Shown here: positions 54,080 to 64,000 of the stretch, piece by piece
Layout of the letters: every line of letters begins with the position of its first letter
Numbering within the stretch: the stretch's first letter is position 1
Source: Balanoglossus misakiensis
Lineage: Eukaryota; Animalia; Hemichordata
Direction of reading: 5' to 3'
Length of the DNA stretch: 64,000 nt
Assembly (NCBI GenBank): GCA_040954595.2
Contig: CM082582.2
Coordinates: 4,634,303 to 4,698,302 of the forward strand
Translations under genes and position numbers: made by a program
The notes under the pieces: model-generated
Told to the model about the DNA's origin: nothing
Databases searched by the model: none
What the model saw: only the letters and a program-made list of their open reading frames with translations

Positions 54080-56164
54080 ATGAGTGCCATGGATGAAAAT
54101 GTACAGCTCGTGGTTGGGAGAAACGTGTACAGTTTCTTTACCCACAAAGTTTGCCAGTCTATTCCTTACATAGAAAGTATGATGCAGTTTGAGCGCATGC
54201 GGTCGAGTTATAACGGCGTCTTGCAACTCAGCAATTCAAACATTCCAGACACACACTGGCACTTATTTCTCGGTTTTTTAAATTTAGGTAGAATACCACC
54301 TCTTGTTCGATACACAGATGTTAATGGCGGCGCAGCTACTTTCGCCATAGAAGAACACAATCTGGCGGAAGTTGCAGTAACAGCGGACTTCTTGCTCATG
54401 ACGTCATTTACTCGGGCCCTCTCCCAGTTAATATTAGAAAGGTCCACGCTCTTTTCTGGTAATTGCGTTCAGTCTATGCACAATCTATTTATATTTTTCG
54501 ATCAGATCAGTCGAAAAATACCGCACGAAAACGACTTGATAGACACTGCGGCTGCATTGTGTGCTCAAGTCACGGCAAATTTTCGGGGCGTTTCTGTCGG
54601 AAGGTTATGGTGTTTAGACACGTTAAGGCGATTTGTATTACGCAGGAATAGATTTATGGGGACCGAGAGAGACATATACACCACCGTGTATTGTTGGTTT
54701 GAACATTACAGACGTGAATTTGAGGCGAATAGCAACCCGTTATCGTTTATCGAAATATTGTTGGCCATATGGCCCAACACTCCCATCCTCCAGTCGGAGA
54801 TATATGACTTGGCATTTGGTATTATTATGAGATATCTTGGGCAAGAGAACGGCTTAACGAAATACATAGATAACATATCTCATGAATTGTCTGATCGGGA
54901 ACTCTTTGGTATAAACATACAACCATCCGACATTCACCATCGTATCGTGGAAGCACATGCAAAAACTATTCTTGATTCCATTAAAGCTACTTGGCGAAAA
55001 AACTACAAGCAACCTATAGATTGTACATATTCATATTTATTGATGGATCGAGATAAACTTCAATCTTACAATATGTACACAAATAACTGGTCGGATCTGC
55101 CCAATACGGATATGTTCTACAATAGTATATTTCCACCACCATCATCAAAATGTAGGCTATATGACGTCATGGTTGTCAGTGAAAGAAATAGTGTGTTTTG
55201 TCTGTTTAGACAAGATAACTTTTTGGTTCTTATTGTGAACCATATTGGGGATAACGATAGCCTTGTTTTGGGAGAATGTGGCTGGAAAGTTGTGTTCAAT
55301 ATAGCATTACAGCTAGGGGGGCTACCGTTGAATCCGCGTGGGTTTTACCAAATGTGCAACTTCGAGGAGTTTCTCATCATGAAAGATTCTACATCTCCGC
55401 ATATAACGTGTGTTCACAGAGAAGGGCCGTGGAAAACGTTCAGGGATTGCAATGTACTGTTTTCAACGACGTACATCAGTGTCAAACCTGAATGGGAAAT
55501 AAGAGACAAAACAATATGTCCAGTGTATTCAGGCGAGAACCATCATAAGTTGTTTTGCGACATCTATGTTGTTGGCCCGGCATCCGAGTTATCCTTGTGC
55601 GTGTTAACGGTGGAGATCGATAAAATATGCTGCAAAACACACATAGAATACGACCTTGTTGAGCAGAGGGTGCTTTTTGGTATGAAGTTAGAACGTTCAA
55701 TAGCCACCCCCGACCTTGAAGAAGGGAATTACATGCCTTCACTGTTCTTCTTATCAGCAATAGGGCTGGTGTGTTTGGGTAGGTTGAATATATCACACGA
55801 CCGACAAGGACAGTATATGTTGATAAACATTCAGTGTTACAAGTACATCAAACACGACCAGTGTTGGGAACGCATTGATTTGTCGCATGGGTCATTCCAA
55901 ACAGATGCATCTTGGGAAAGTGTTAGTCTGGAGTATAGTACACAGTCGCACGCGCTACCTCTCAAGGGTCATCTTGACGGGCCTCACACGTTGGTATTGT
56001 ATGACGGGGACCGTCAAGAGAACCACGTAAAGCATTTATTTTCTCGAATGAACGTCGTAATAGATTTGTCAATACAAAATATAGAGGTTCGACCGCTATG
56101 TTCAGGTAGGATTACTTGTCCGTGTTCTCAGCATGGTAACCGAGACGGCAAAATATCTATGTAA
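54080..56164 (+). CDS. BTB(-BACK) protein; paralogue of 29373-31418
   Basis: HKVCQSIPYIESMM, WHLFLGFL, NLAEVAVTADFLLM and ERDIYTTVYCW. Confidence 0.75.
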   Translation: MSAMDENVQLVVGRNVYSFFTHKVCQSIPYIESMMQFERMRSSYNGVLQLSNSNIPDTHWHLFLGFLNLGRIPPLVRYTDVNGGAATFAIEEHNLAEVAVTADFLLMTSFTRALSQLILERSTLFSGNCVQSMHNLFIFFDQISRKIPHENDLIDTAAALCAQVTANFRGVSVGRLWCLDTLRRFVLRRNRFMGTERDIYTTVYCWFEHYRREFEANSNPLSFIEILLAIWPNTPILQSEIYDLAFGIIMRYLGQENGLTKYIDNISHELSDRELFGINIQPSDIHHRIVEAHAKTILDSIKATWRKNYKQPIDCTYSYLLMDRDKLQSYNMYTNNWSDLPNTDMFYNSIFPPPSSKCRLYDVMVVSERNSVFCLFRQDNFLVLIVNHIGDNDSLVLGECGWKVVFNIALQLGGLPLNPRGFYQMCNFEEFLIMKDSTSPHITCVHREGPWKTFRDCNVLFSTTYISVKPEWEIRDKTICPVYSGENHHKLFCDIYVVGPASELSLCVLTVEIDKICCKTHIEYDLVEQRVLFGMKLERSIATPDLEEGNYMPSLFFLSAIGLVCLGRLNISHDRQGQYMLINIQCYKYIKHDQCWERIDLSHGSFQTDASWESVSLEYSTQSHALPLKGHLDGPHTLVLYDGDRQENHVKHLFSRMNVVIDLSIQNIEVRPLCSGRITCPCSQHGNRDGKISM

Positions 56165-56272
56165 CGCGGTGTAAGAAGAAAAGGTTGACTGGTTCTCCAC
56201 ACTGTATATAATACAGTGTGTTCAAGTCAGACGTTCAGTCGTTTTCTATCGCTGAACCAAGAACTGTGTACG

Positions 56273-57946
56273 ATGGCTAATATACTGAAATACTCGAGTC
56301 GACTTGCGTTTGAGCCCATAACCCCGGAATTGTTAAACATATTCGCGGACAATGATATTAAATGTCCAAACGTCTGTTCCAGAGAGTATAACTCCAGAAG
56401 TTTATCGTATCTCATGTGTAAGACGGGATCTCAAGCGTTCCCAAATTACGATATAAGTAAATTCAAACTTATCGATTCCAAAGCTATCCTGAGTGGCGAC
56501 GTGGACATCTTTTTATCTGAACTGGTTCACACGCCATTCTTTGCTAGCATTGCTATGCGTATAATAGCAGAGGTTACCGGAAGAGCCTATAACAAATACG
56601 ATCCAATGGTGAAAGACGACAGACAGTGGGTAATGAAAGCTATAGAAGAAACTGATTGCAACCAACCAAATGACATTTTCAACTTGACTGGACTACGTCT
56701 CGAAAAGAAGAAACTCAAAAAAGACAAGGCTGACACTGGTTCGAACAAGTTTTCACATTATGATGTTGTTTTCCAATTTGGTGACAGCGCAAAAGTAGTA
56801 ACACTACCAGGAGATTGTGATGATAACATTGTAGATTGTTTTGATGCGACTGACAAAATTGTGGCGCGTCCTGCCTTACAGACGACAGAATTGAAGACGG
56901 GCACACAGCTAGTCGGATATTCCAACGTTTCGTTTAAGGGTAACTTTTGTATCACAGACGAAGAATTGGATACTGTCAAAGGGCAGATGAAATCACGTGG
57001 TGGTTCCTTGATAGGTGCAAACCATCTACGACAGATTGATAGTGCCCGCTATATAATAGGGCTGTCATGTCGTTTTGGCGAATATGGAAACATGAAATTT
57101 CTGAAACTTCAGTTAGTCTATCTGATCGTTCAGTGTAGATATTTATATCTCTGCATGATTGAAGACAAAGACAACCCTCTCTATTCAGAAGTCAGACTGA
57201 GAGATGATGTTGACTTGAACACTTTCAGTTCGTTGTTTACGCAAGAACTACGGAAACTTTTTTACGGAGAAAACGACAACATAGGCCGTAAACTCAAATT
57301 GGCTGATGATATGCCCACATCAATATACAACAAACACCTTGCTTCAGTCACCATGAGATCTTTTTATGAAGTCGGTCTCGAACAAAGAAACGGGAATCTG
57401 TTGGCGAAAGAAGCTATAAACACCAGTGCCGACGTTCAAAGTCAGGTTGCAGCGTTTTCCGATGTATTACGGCGTTCTAAGAGAGAATATAAACCTCTGC
57501 ATATAGTCTACCACCCAGCTGTTGTACCAATGAACCGCGATAAAAGTAGCATAAGGGTTCCGCAGAATGTGAGGATTTACATAAGTGACTCGAAACGCGA
57601 GTCCAATGACCCGCCAGATGCCATGAATGCCGCCCTCAAAATAATCTGTTACGGCAGTAAAGAGATAAAAAAAAACGTGGTGATGTCGTCGTTGTTAGAC
57701 TCTGTCCAAGTTGTGCCATGGAAAGCTGTCTTTGAGAAAGATACTTCTTTGCAACAATCTACCGAATTAGACCAATCTAGTCTTGCACTCGCTGTCCAGA
57801 ATATCGTTTGCCATTTGAATAGCAGTGAAGAAGAAGCGTGTGAAATGCTAGCCATCCCATGGGCCGATTATCTGGCGTCTAAAAACGAACAGTTGGCTAT
57901 CTGTGCCGAGCCCGACGCCAAACGCATGCGAATTACAAGTAATTAG
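56273..57946 (+). CDS. Hypothetical nuclear protein (~557 aa)
   Basis: Long ORF with C-terminal NLS-like PDAKRMR. AATAAA follows at ~58002. Confidence 0.8.
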   Translation: MANILKYSSRLAFEPITPELLNIFADNDIKCPNVCSREYNSRSLSYLMCKTGSQAFPNYDISKFKLIDSKAILSGDVDIFLSELVHTPFFASIAMRIIAEVTGRAYNKYDPMVKDDRQWVMKAIEETDCNQPNDIFNLTGLRLEKKKLKKDKADTGSNKFSHYDVVFQFGDSAKVVTLPGDCDDNIVDCFDATDKIVARPALQTTELKTGTQLVGYSNVSFKGNFCITDEELDTVKGQMKSRGGSLIGANHLRQIDSARYIIGLSCRFGEYGNMKFLKLQLVYLIVQCRYLYLCMIEDKDNPLYSEVRLRDDVDLNTFSSLFTQELRKLFYGENDNIGRKLKLADDMPTSIYNKHLASVTMRSFYEVGLEQRNGNLLAKEAINTSADVQSQVAAFSDVLRRSKREYKPLHIVYHPAVVPMNRDKSSIRVPQNVRIYISDSKRESNDPPDAMNAALKIICYGSKEIKKNVVMSSLLDSVQVVPWKAVFEKDTSLQQSTELDQSSLALAVQNIVCHLNSSEEEACEMLAIPWADYLASKNEQLAICAEPDAKRMRITSN

Positions 57947-58143
57947 CCCGTACACAGTTGATTGACGAACATTTTTTAGTTATAATTATATGTGTTAGTT
58001 GAATAAAATATATGCTAATATTTAACGGAGATCGAACATTGACTATTCAGTTATAGTTGAAATAGAACTGAATACCCGTTTTCTTTAATTTTAACATTGC
58101 CGATCGTTAGGAATAGACTCATAGATTGCAATAAACTATCTTG

Positions 58144-58812
58144 TTACACTAAATGTTTAGTCGACCCTGGTAGATTATTATATTTCGGGTTGCTAGTCTC
58201 ATTCAAAGTCCACACTAGCATATCGGTTACAGTTGACGCAGAACAGTTCGCCATCAGATTGACATCCACGAATTTATCCACGTTTAGAACCACCCAGCAG
58301 GCACGAAGCAAAGGTTCTAGAGATGTACAGACAGCAATGTGAATTAGTTCATCCGAATTTTGGCTATGACTAGTTAAGAAATTATCCAATGAGCCATATT
58401 TCAGCCACTTGTTCGCGCTCATATTATGCCAAAGCGCAACTCTGTCCGGCAAGGCCCTCAAACACGACAGTTTATTTGTTTGAACACCGGACCACATACA
58501 AACGCCATCGTCGCAATAGTCCAATTTTTTCCTTTTGGAAGGTACAGGTATATGCGCTGAAGTCTTTGGGACAAACACGTGCGTTTCCATCAATTGAAAT
58601 AATTCTTGGCTAGACATAGTACCGGCGAACCATCTCAGATGTACGTCTTGAGCCTGCATTGCCCAGTAGTCGTCGAATTCATCCTTTGCGGTCATATATC
58701 GGATGACGATATCATCGCTAACCTTTCCCTCATTACAATTAGATTGAAATAGTGTATCGTGCAAATAGGCGTCTCTGAGGACAATGTATTCATCGAACGA
58801 TGTCGCACTCAT
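58144..58812 (-). CDS. Hypothetical viral protein (222 aa)
   Basis: Intact ORF with NLS-like PSKRKK. Confidence 0.7.
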   Translation of the reverse strand: MSATSFDEYIVLRDAYLHDTLFQSNCNEGKVSDDIVIRYMTAKDEFDDYWAMQAQDVHLRWFAGTMSSQELFQLMETHVFVPKTSAHIPVPSKRKKLDYCDDGVCMWSGVQTNKLSCLRALPDRVALWHNMSANKWLKYGSLDNFLTSHSQNSDELIHIAVCTSLEPLLRACWVVLNVDKFVDVNLMANCSASTVTDMLVWTLNETSNPKYNNLPGSTKHLV

Positions 58813-58943
58813 GCCTTATACACGCCGAACTACATGACATAAATGAGCCCCCACTATTATATACTGCAATTTTGTTTATTTCATAATTCATTTGTAATTA
58901 TACAGAGATGTTAGACGATGTGAAGAAACAAAAACAATTGTGA

Positions 58944-59525
58944 CTAGTAGGCATCAACCAAGCATGGATTGAGTAGCTTCCTCATAAGTTGTCCAGTGAA
59001 CTCTTCGTGGATGATCAAGCACGGAAGTCGATAGTCGTGGCAGATTTCTAGGAATGTGGACTGGAACTTCTTGTGCACATCGGCTAATTTGTCAAGCGCT
59101 CTTATTTCATAGGGTCGACCACGGCTGACAATGTTTTTCTTACAATAATCCCAAGCCATATCTTTGAACACAATTATGAATTTATCTAGGTGTCCAAAGG
59201 CAGCCCGTATCATATCTTTCTCTGTCAGTTGTAAGTTGTATGTTTGCCTGATTCGCGAAAATGTCAAGTGTTGAATTATACTAGAGTCACAGATTCGCCC
59301 CTTCGACATTCGCCCTTCCGAGTTCCACTGCAAATCGAGGGTGTGTTGGATGAATTGTCGTTGAAAATCACCCGGGTCAATTTCACCAGCATAGAAATCG
59401 GAAATTTTGGTCGAAAAAGATTCAGTAAATTCGGGTACACACTCATATTCCAGCTCTCTGGCGACATAAAATGCATCGTGAGATTTACCGCAACCGATTG
59501 GGCCGTTAAGGAATATGGTGGCCAT
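58944..59525 (-). CDS. Deoxynucleoside (thymidine) kinase
   Basis: IFLNGPIGCGKS P-loop, VPE, ICDSS (cf. ERS/DRS), and lid IVSRGRPYE. Confidence 0.9.
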   Translation of the reverse strand: MATIFLNGPIGCGKSHDAFYVARELEYECVPEFTESFSTKISDFYAGEIDPGDFQRQFIQHTLDLQWNSEGRMSKGRICDSSIIQHLTFSRIRQTYNLQLTEKDMIRAAFGHLDKFIIVFKDMAWDYCKKNIVSRGRPYEIRALDKLADVHKKFQSTFLEICHDYRLPCLIIHEEFTGQLMRKLLNPCLVDAY

Positions 59526-59735
59526 CCAATGAGTTTACTACAGTTTGTGTCGGGTCTATTTATACCATTCGTTACGACTACGATGATCAGAAGCAAACGC
59601 TTCCGATAATGATTTGTTGCATGTGGATCAACTAGGGGATGTCGCATGTTGTCCGTGTTCCGGAGTGTGAGAGCAACCACTATCCAAATTTAATAAAGAT
59701 TTGTTTCGCAACAGCCTCTCAGTATTACGGAGATC

Positions 59736-60644
59736 ATGACGGCTCATAGTTCTGCCAGACCCCATGATATCCCGTCCACGTGCATGTTTGATACATGTGA
59801 AAATACGCCACTCTCATACTGTTCCGTAAGGTACGGTGCATTGGAAGAAGAAATTCATCTGCACTACACTAGTGGCCTGAATAACGTAGAGAATGAAAGA
59901 GCGTACGCTCTTTGGGCCATAAATACATCCTTAGAAGAGCCTAAAGCGATCAACTTTAAAAATGGATTGCATCTTGCCTGGAAAACCGTCAACTTTGTTT
60001 CTTCTCCAAAAGCCGTTGTGTTAAACACGAGCATGACAAGTCTCGCCGCTTGTGGTTATGAACCGTACAAATTGATATCATTGGTAGTAAGTCGGCGCCT
60101 AAAAACACCCTCTGTTAAGGCTTCTGTCGTTAGTGCATTCTGGGTAACGTCGGCACTCTCAAACTCTTACATTAAGTGCACCCTATTGAACCAAATGTTT
60201 ATCGACCATTATCCTAGTATGCATTATATATTTTTCACTGTTTTGGACAGTTTAGACAATTCTATCATGCGAAATAATGTATACGAATTCGCAAAAAAAC
60301 TAGAGTACATATGTCATTCAGACTACAAAAAACAAGACCAGATTGTCCGCGCCATGCTCGCGCCGATAGCGTTAAAAAGCAGTGTTGAGGACACGACAAT
60401 TAGACGGATACGTGTAGGTCATGGTATTTATGACCGTAAGGTCGGTGTGACCAGTGACACTATAAACATAATAGTTCCAGACCGCTGCTGGCCGTACGCA
60501 TGGCATGACTGTACTCTGATCTATTCATCAAAGATTAAAACGTACGAGAGGACTGACGAGAGAATCAGGTGGTTATCGTCCGCCTTTCTGAATGTATCGG
60601 ATCTTCCAGACACTTTATTGCGTATGTTCAAACCTCTGGTGTAA
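59736..60644 (+). CDS. Hypothetical viral protein (302 aa)
   Basis: Intact ORF, tightly packed with the downstream gene. Confidence 0.75.
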   Translation: MTAHSSARPHDIPSTCMFDTCENTPLSYCSVRYGALEEEIHLHYTSGLNNVENERAYALWAINTSLEEPKAINFKNGLHLAWKTVNFVSSPKAVVLNTSMTSLAACGYEPYKLISLVVSRRLKTPSVKASVVSAFWVTSALSNSYIKCTLLNQMFIDHYPSMHYIFFTVLDSLDNSIMRNNVYEFAKKLEYICHSDYKKQDQIVRAMLAPIALKSSVEDTTIRRIRVGHGIYDRKVGVTSDTINIIVPDRCWPYAWHDCTLIYSSKIKTYERTDERIRWLSSAFLNVSDLPDTLLRMFKPLV

Positions 60645-60650
60645 TCCGAA

Positions 60651-61232
60651 ATGACAATGGGAGACACGTTATACAGTAATGTGCATAGTGCCTGGGAGAA
60701 CGTTTCCACCTTGGATATAACCATGGTGTTAGAGCAAGCCCATCCACAGACAACATGTTGCATCAATTGCACTGGTCTTGGTGGGAAGGTCATATATTCC
60801 CCCGGCGGATGCACCTGTCTGATATCAAAGATGAAACTCCCTAGTAAAGACCCCTCTTTTCAAGACAAACGGGTTTTTGAACATCCTACCATACATATGA
60901 TAGTTCATTTGATGTCGTTTTTCTCAGAGAGTGTGGATTTCCAGGAGGACAAGTTCATTTTTAGGGAGATTGTACATGTTGGGCCCGACATAATTTCATT
61001 GATCATAGGTGCCCAGGACCTCAGAGGAGTATGTAATATTAAAGAGAGAACGTTGACTGTAACCGTTATACAGAGTCCGTCTATACTACTAAAGATTGAA
61101 CCGTTAAACAAAGACCAGGAGCTGTCTTCACTGGTAACTAAATTGGCGCACCACACCTTTATTAAGAAAGGGATGAATCGACAAAGGTTGGCAAAGAGAA
61201 GACGGGTGAAAAGGCTACGCAAGATAAACTAA
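60651..61232 (+). CDS. Hypothetical nuclear protein (193 aa), Cys cluster and basic C-terminus
   Basis: CCINCTGLGG...CTC and KRRRVKRLRK. Confidence 0.7.
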   Translation: MTMGDTLYSNVHSAWENVSTLDITMVLEQAHPQTTCCINCTGLGGKVIYSPGGCTCLISKMKLPSKDPSFQDKRVFEHPTIHMIVHLMSFFSESVDFQEDKFIFREIVHVGPDIISLIIGAQDLRGVCNIKERTLTVTVIQSPSILLKIEPLNKDQELSSLVTKLAHHTFIKKGMNRQRLAKRRRVKRLRKIN

Positions 61233-61419
61233 CTCTATATACGTTTATATACTTACGACTAGCGACTATTTGGCTGACATATTCAAGCCGTAAAATTTGT
61301 ACCAAGAAGTTGACGAATCGTTCCCGACGAAAAAAAAAGCACCGACCATACAGCGCACTTGAAAAGGTTACGCACTAATGAATGTGATTGTCCAAATATA
61401 AATCAAAGGCTATATAACA

Positions 61420-63318
61420 ATGGGTCGATATGGTTTGGCTCATATTGTAACCGATGTCAAAAGACACGCTTCTGAAATTAGGGACCCTGTGTACGGCGTG
61501 CTTGCAGCGGACGTCAACAGGTGGCGATTAACAAAACTCCCTGTCCGATGGGAGCATGTACACGGGAGAGGAGAAGGTAGTGAGGACATTGGAAAGTCTT
61601 CTATACTATCGAGTAAGGGTATTGGTTACGTGAAAAACTGGTGGCTCGATTTTTCGTATCCAGGATCATATTTTGCAGTGGCCGTTTTATTGGAATTGGA
61701 TGCCAAAGACTATATACAGAGTCCATTCTCTAGCGTGTTTAATAGCGTGTCATTGAGTCAAGATGCGAAGAATCGAGGGAAGTGCTTCGACATATCTCTA
61801 GTCAGAACTGGAGCAAGACATGGTACGCGTGCCTTGTTCTTTGATGACCTCAATCAAGTTCGTTTGGCAAGTCGCAAATATTTTGGTTTAGACTCAACTT
61901 TCACGGATGTCGTAAGTAAATACAAAGCGATCCGCGGGAGATATAACGCATACAGATCGAACGGTGGCTGCAGACTAAAGTATAAACGTGCAACATCCAA
62001 CCAACATAATGTCAATATGGACGGTAGGGCGGACGGCAAAGCGTTGAATCATGAGGAACTGGAAATGACTAACCAGTTTACAAGTAAGCAAGATGCAGAT
62101 CACGATACGCATGACACCCGAAAGGAAGGCGAAACACGACTGATACACATGTTAGGACAAAATAATGAAAAGGCCACTGTCCATGAGAGGACAGACTCGC
62201 CACGCACTCCTGCACCTAACACTGAAAATTCGCTGGCTAAGGAGTTGGCGTTAGTCAGCAAATTGGCACAGAATCTTCCCAAAGAGGACGCTGTACAGTT
62301 GATGGAACTGTTTGAGAATCGGGACGAGAAAATAAATTCCATGGACAATATGGCGTTGACCATGTCGTTACAAGTTCAGAAAATCTTGCAACTAGTCAGT
62401 AACATAATGGACGAACAAAACACACCGGAATCCAGGAAACGCAGGGATGATCTTATGGAACTCCGTCAAAAACTCACCAGAGAGCCCATGGATCAAGGTC
62501 ATATAAACGCCTCATTTTCGAAACTTGGTGAATCATACCAAGACATATCGAAGGAAGCAAACAAGGTTCCCAGAGCATCTATGGACGAGGCAGTCAGTAA
62601 TAAACTGATCGACTACTATAAACGTGTTACTAACGTGCTCAAGAAGCAATCAAACCCGGATACAATAAGTGAATCCAATATGTCCTCTTTGAGTAAAGAT
62701 CAACAGGAACGCATGGCTAGAATTAAACAACATATGTCAGAAAGCCCAGACATATACCAATACATACAGTCACTAGAGGCGGCAGTGGATAGTAGTCTAC
62801 TCCAAGGTATACGTGAAAAATCCCCGCGACCACACGGTAGTCTGTCGCGTCATGCTGCGCAACAAAATGCTACCTATAGAGACCGCGACGATGGGTATTC
62901 GCCACATTATCACACGCAAAAAATCACGGGACCTAGTCAGGAGCCCTACCAACGGCGTCAACCAACGCATGAGTGTATGTGTGAGGATTGTCAGCCCATA
63001 CGTCACACCAAATCTCCCCACCTGCAGAACCGACGCCAAGGATCTCCGCAAGACCCCATAAAGACCCATCAATCTAAGCACAATTCTGAAGCTATGCAAC
63101 AGCGCAAAGATGCGACCCAGTGTGATCGACAGCAAGACTGTACTGCAAAATCGTGTCGCCAACCGGACTCCGAGGATAAAATCGACGCCAGTTTCAGTGG
63201 TCATTCGGAGCACCAACAGACATTCTGGAAATTGAGGAAGCCAATAGTATACGATAATGATTTTCCGGAAGGATTTTGTGACGACGGACCACCAATAGTC
63301 AAGAGAATCAAACATTAG
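61420..63318 (+). CDS. Capsid maturation protease (assemblin/HK97 prohead type) fused to scaffold
   Basis: LPVRWEH (catalytic His), SVSLS (catalytic Ser) and DISLVRTGARHGT (cf. HVALCSVGRRRGT), followed by a coiled-coil and disordered scaffold region. Confidence 0.8.
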   Translation: MGRYGLAHIVTDVKRHASEIRDPVYGVLAADVNRWRLTKLPVRWEHVHGRGEGSEDIGKSSILSSKGIGYVKNWWLDFSYPGSYFAVAVLLELDAKDYIQSPFSSVFNSVSLSQDAKNRGKCFDISLVRTGARHGTRALFFDDLNQVRLASRKYFGLDSTFTDVVSKYKAIRGRYNAYRSNGGCRLKYKRATSNQHNVNMDGRADGKALNHEELEMTNQFTSKQDADHDTHDTRKEGETRLIHMLGQNNEKATVHERTDSPRTPAPNTENSLAKELALVSKLAQNLPKEDAVQLMELFENRDEKINSMDNMALTMSLQVQKILQLVSNIMDEQNTPESRKRRDDLMELRQKLTREPMDQGHINASFSKLGESYQDISKEANKVPRASMDEAVSNKLIDYYKRVTNVLKKQSNPDTISESNMSSLSKDQQERMARIKQHMSESPDIYQYIQSLEAAVDSSLLQGIREKSPRPHGSLSRHAAQQNATYRDRDDGYSPHYHTQKITGPSQEPYQRRQPTHECMCEDCQPIRHTKSPHLQNRRQGSPQDPIKTHQSKHNSEAMQQRKDATQCDRQQDCTAKSCRQPDSEDKIDASFSGHSEHQQTFWKLRKPIVYDNDFPEGFCDDGPPIVKRIKH

Positions 63319-63352
63319 CGTGAGAGAATAATTTACAACACAGGAAGAAAGA

Positions 63353-64000
63353 ATGTCCATCAGAAACGCGCAAGTAAAAGCCCCTCCAGTTGAAGGCCCA
63401 GTGATTGCGCTTGAAGTAGACCGCACGTTCGTTTCACAAAACTTGGACGGTGCGAAGTTATCGGTCACTCAGGATGTGCTCTACCCGAGAGACGACAAGG
63501 TCACAATTGTACCGGGACAGGTACTGTTGGGACACAGGGATTTTGCTTCTAGAAAGTGGGGAGTTGTTCCTTCACCAGCTGGGCTCATGGCAAAGTCATT
63601 TGATATACATACTGGAGATATCGAAAAAAGCAGGCAGATGTGGGAGTTAGACCCACAGGCGTATAAGGTACTGGGTATAGCTTCGACCGAATCCACCGAT
63701 TGGGAAAAGGGTCAGCTAATGTCGATTGTGTCAAAGTCACCCAGTACGGGTTTTTTAAACACAGGAGGCAATTGGATAAGAGACGGACAACTTGTCTGTG
63801 TGCGTCTCCCAACCCACGAAGAAGCCAATCAACACTTGCATCGGTATGGTTCGATCAAATTTGCCACCTATCCCCGCGACGATAACGACGTTCATTCAAA
63901 TATATACGAGTTTATGGACTATCTAAGAATGGAAAAGGATATTGCTGTAGCAACAGGTCACCACAACAAAAGAGAATCGCTGAAAGCGCTCACCGAGATA
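63353..64000 (+). CDS. Partial ORF running off the window; probable capsid triplex subunit
   Basis: Open from ATG 63353 to the end (216 codons) and absent from the ORF track. It reads YKVLGIA...SIV...NTGGNWIRDGQLVCVRLP, a pattern resembling triplex/gpD-like proteins. Confidence 0.6.
   Translation, partial: MSIRNAQVKAPPVEGPVIALEVDRTFVSQNLDGAKLSVTQDVLYPRDDKVTIVPGQVLLGHRDFASRKWGVVPSPAGLMAKSFDIHTGDIEKSRQMWELDPQAYKVLGIASTESTDWEKGQLMSIVSKSPSTGFLNTGGNWIRDGQLVCVRLPTHEEANQHLHRYGSIKFATYPRDDNDVHSNIYEFMDYLRMEKDIAVATGHHNKRESLKALTEI

Noticed and set aside
62797-63468. 223-aa minus-strand ORF as terminase exon 1
   Set aside because: It is the antisense shadow of the scaffold and triplex genes and has no Walker A or adenine-binding motif.

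Overview
This window is a gene-dense segment of a large, nucleus-replicating dsDNA virus of the herpesvirus (Herpesvirales, HK97-fold) type. It is most likely from an invertebrate animal and probably integrated in, or long resident with, its host genome. Hallmark genes are a spliced terminase ATPase (two GT-AG exons found, 49278-49835 and 47870-48469 on the minus strand, with no upstream exon visible in the window), an assemblin-type capsid protease/scaffold, a probable triplex protein, a divergent pair of an MCM-like AAA+ helicase and an AEP primase, an XPG/FEN1-like nuclease, a deoxynucleoside kinase, and a UL92/ORF31-like protein in the terminase intron. Host-interaction genes are a two-exon TGF-beta-family ligand with an aberrant cystine-knot domain, a Snf7/CHMP4-like ESCRT-III protein, two tandem BIR-RING (IAP) genes, two BTB-BACK proteins, a Bcl-2-like protein, a dsRNA-binding-type zinc-finger protein, an active metzincin with a catalytically dead paralogue, and a large duplicated Cys-rich secreted protein. 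Non-coding features are four host-type MITEs with intact target-site duplications, a 220-bp palindrome, and tandem arrays with 85, 74, ~403, 90, 221 and 124 bp units. The 74-bp array itself creates the primase stop codon. All family calls come from motif recognition by eye; no database searches were run.
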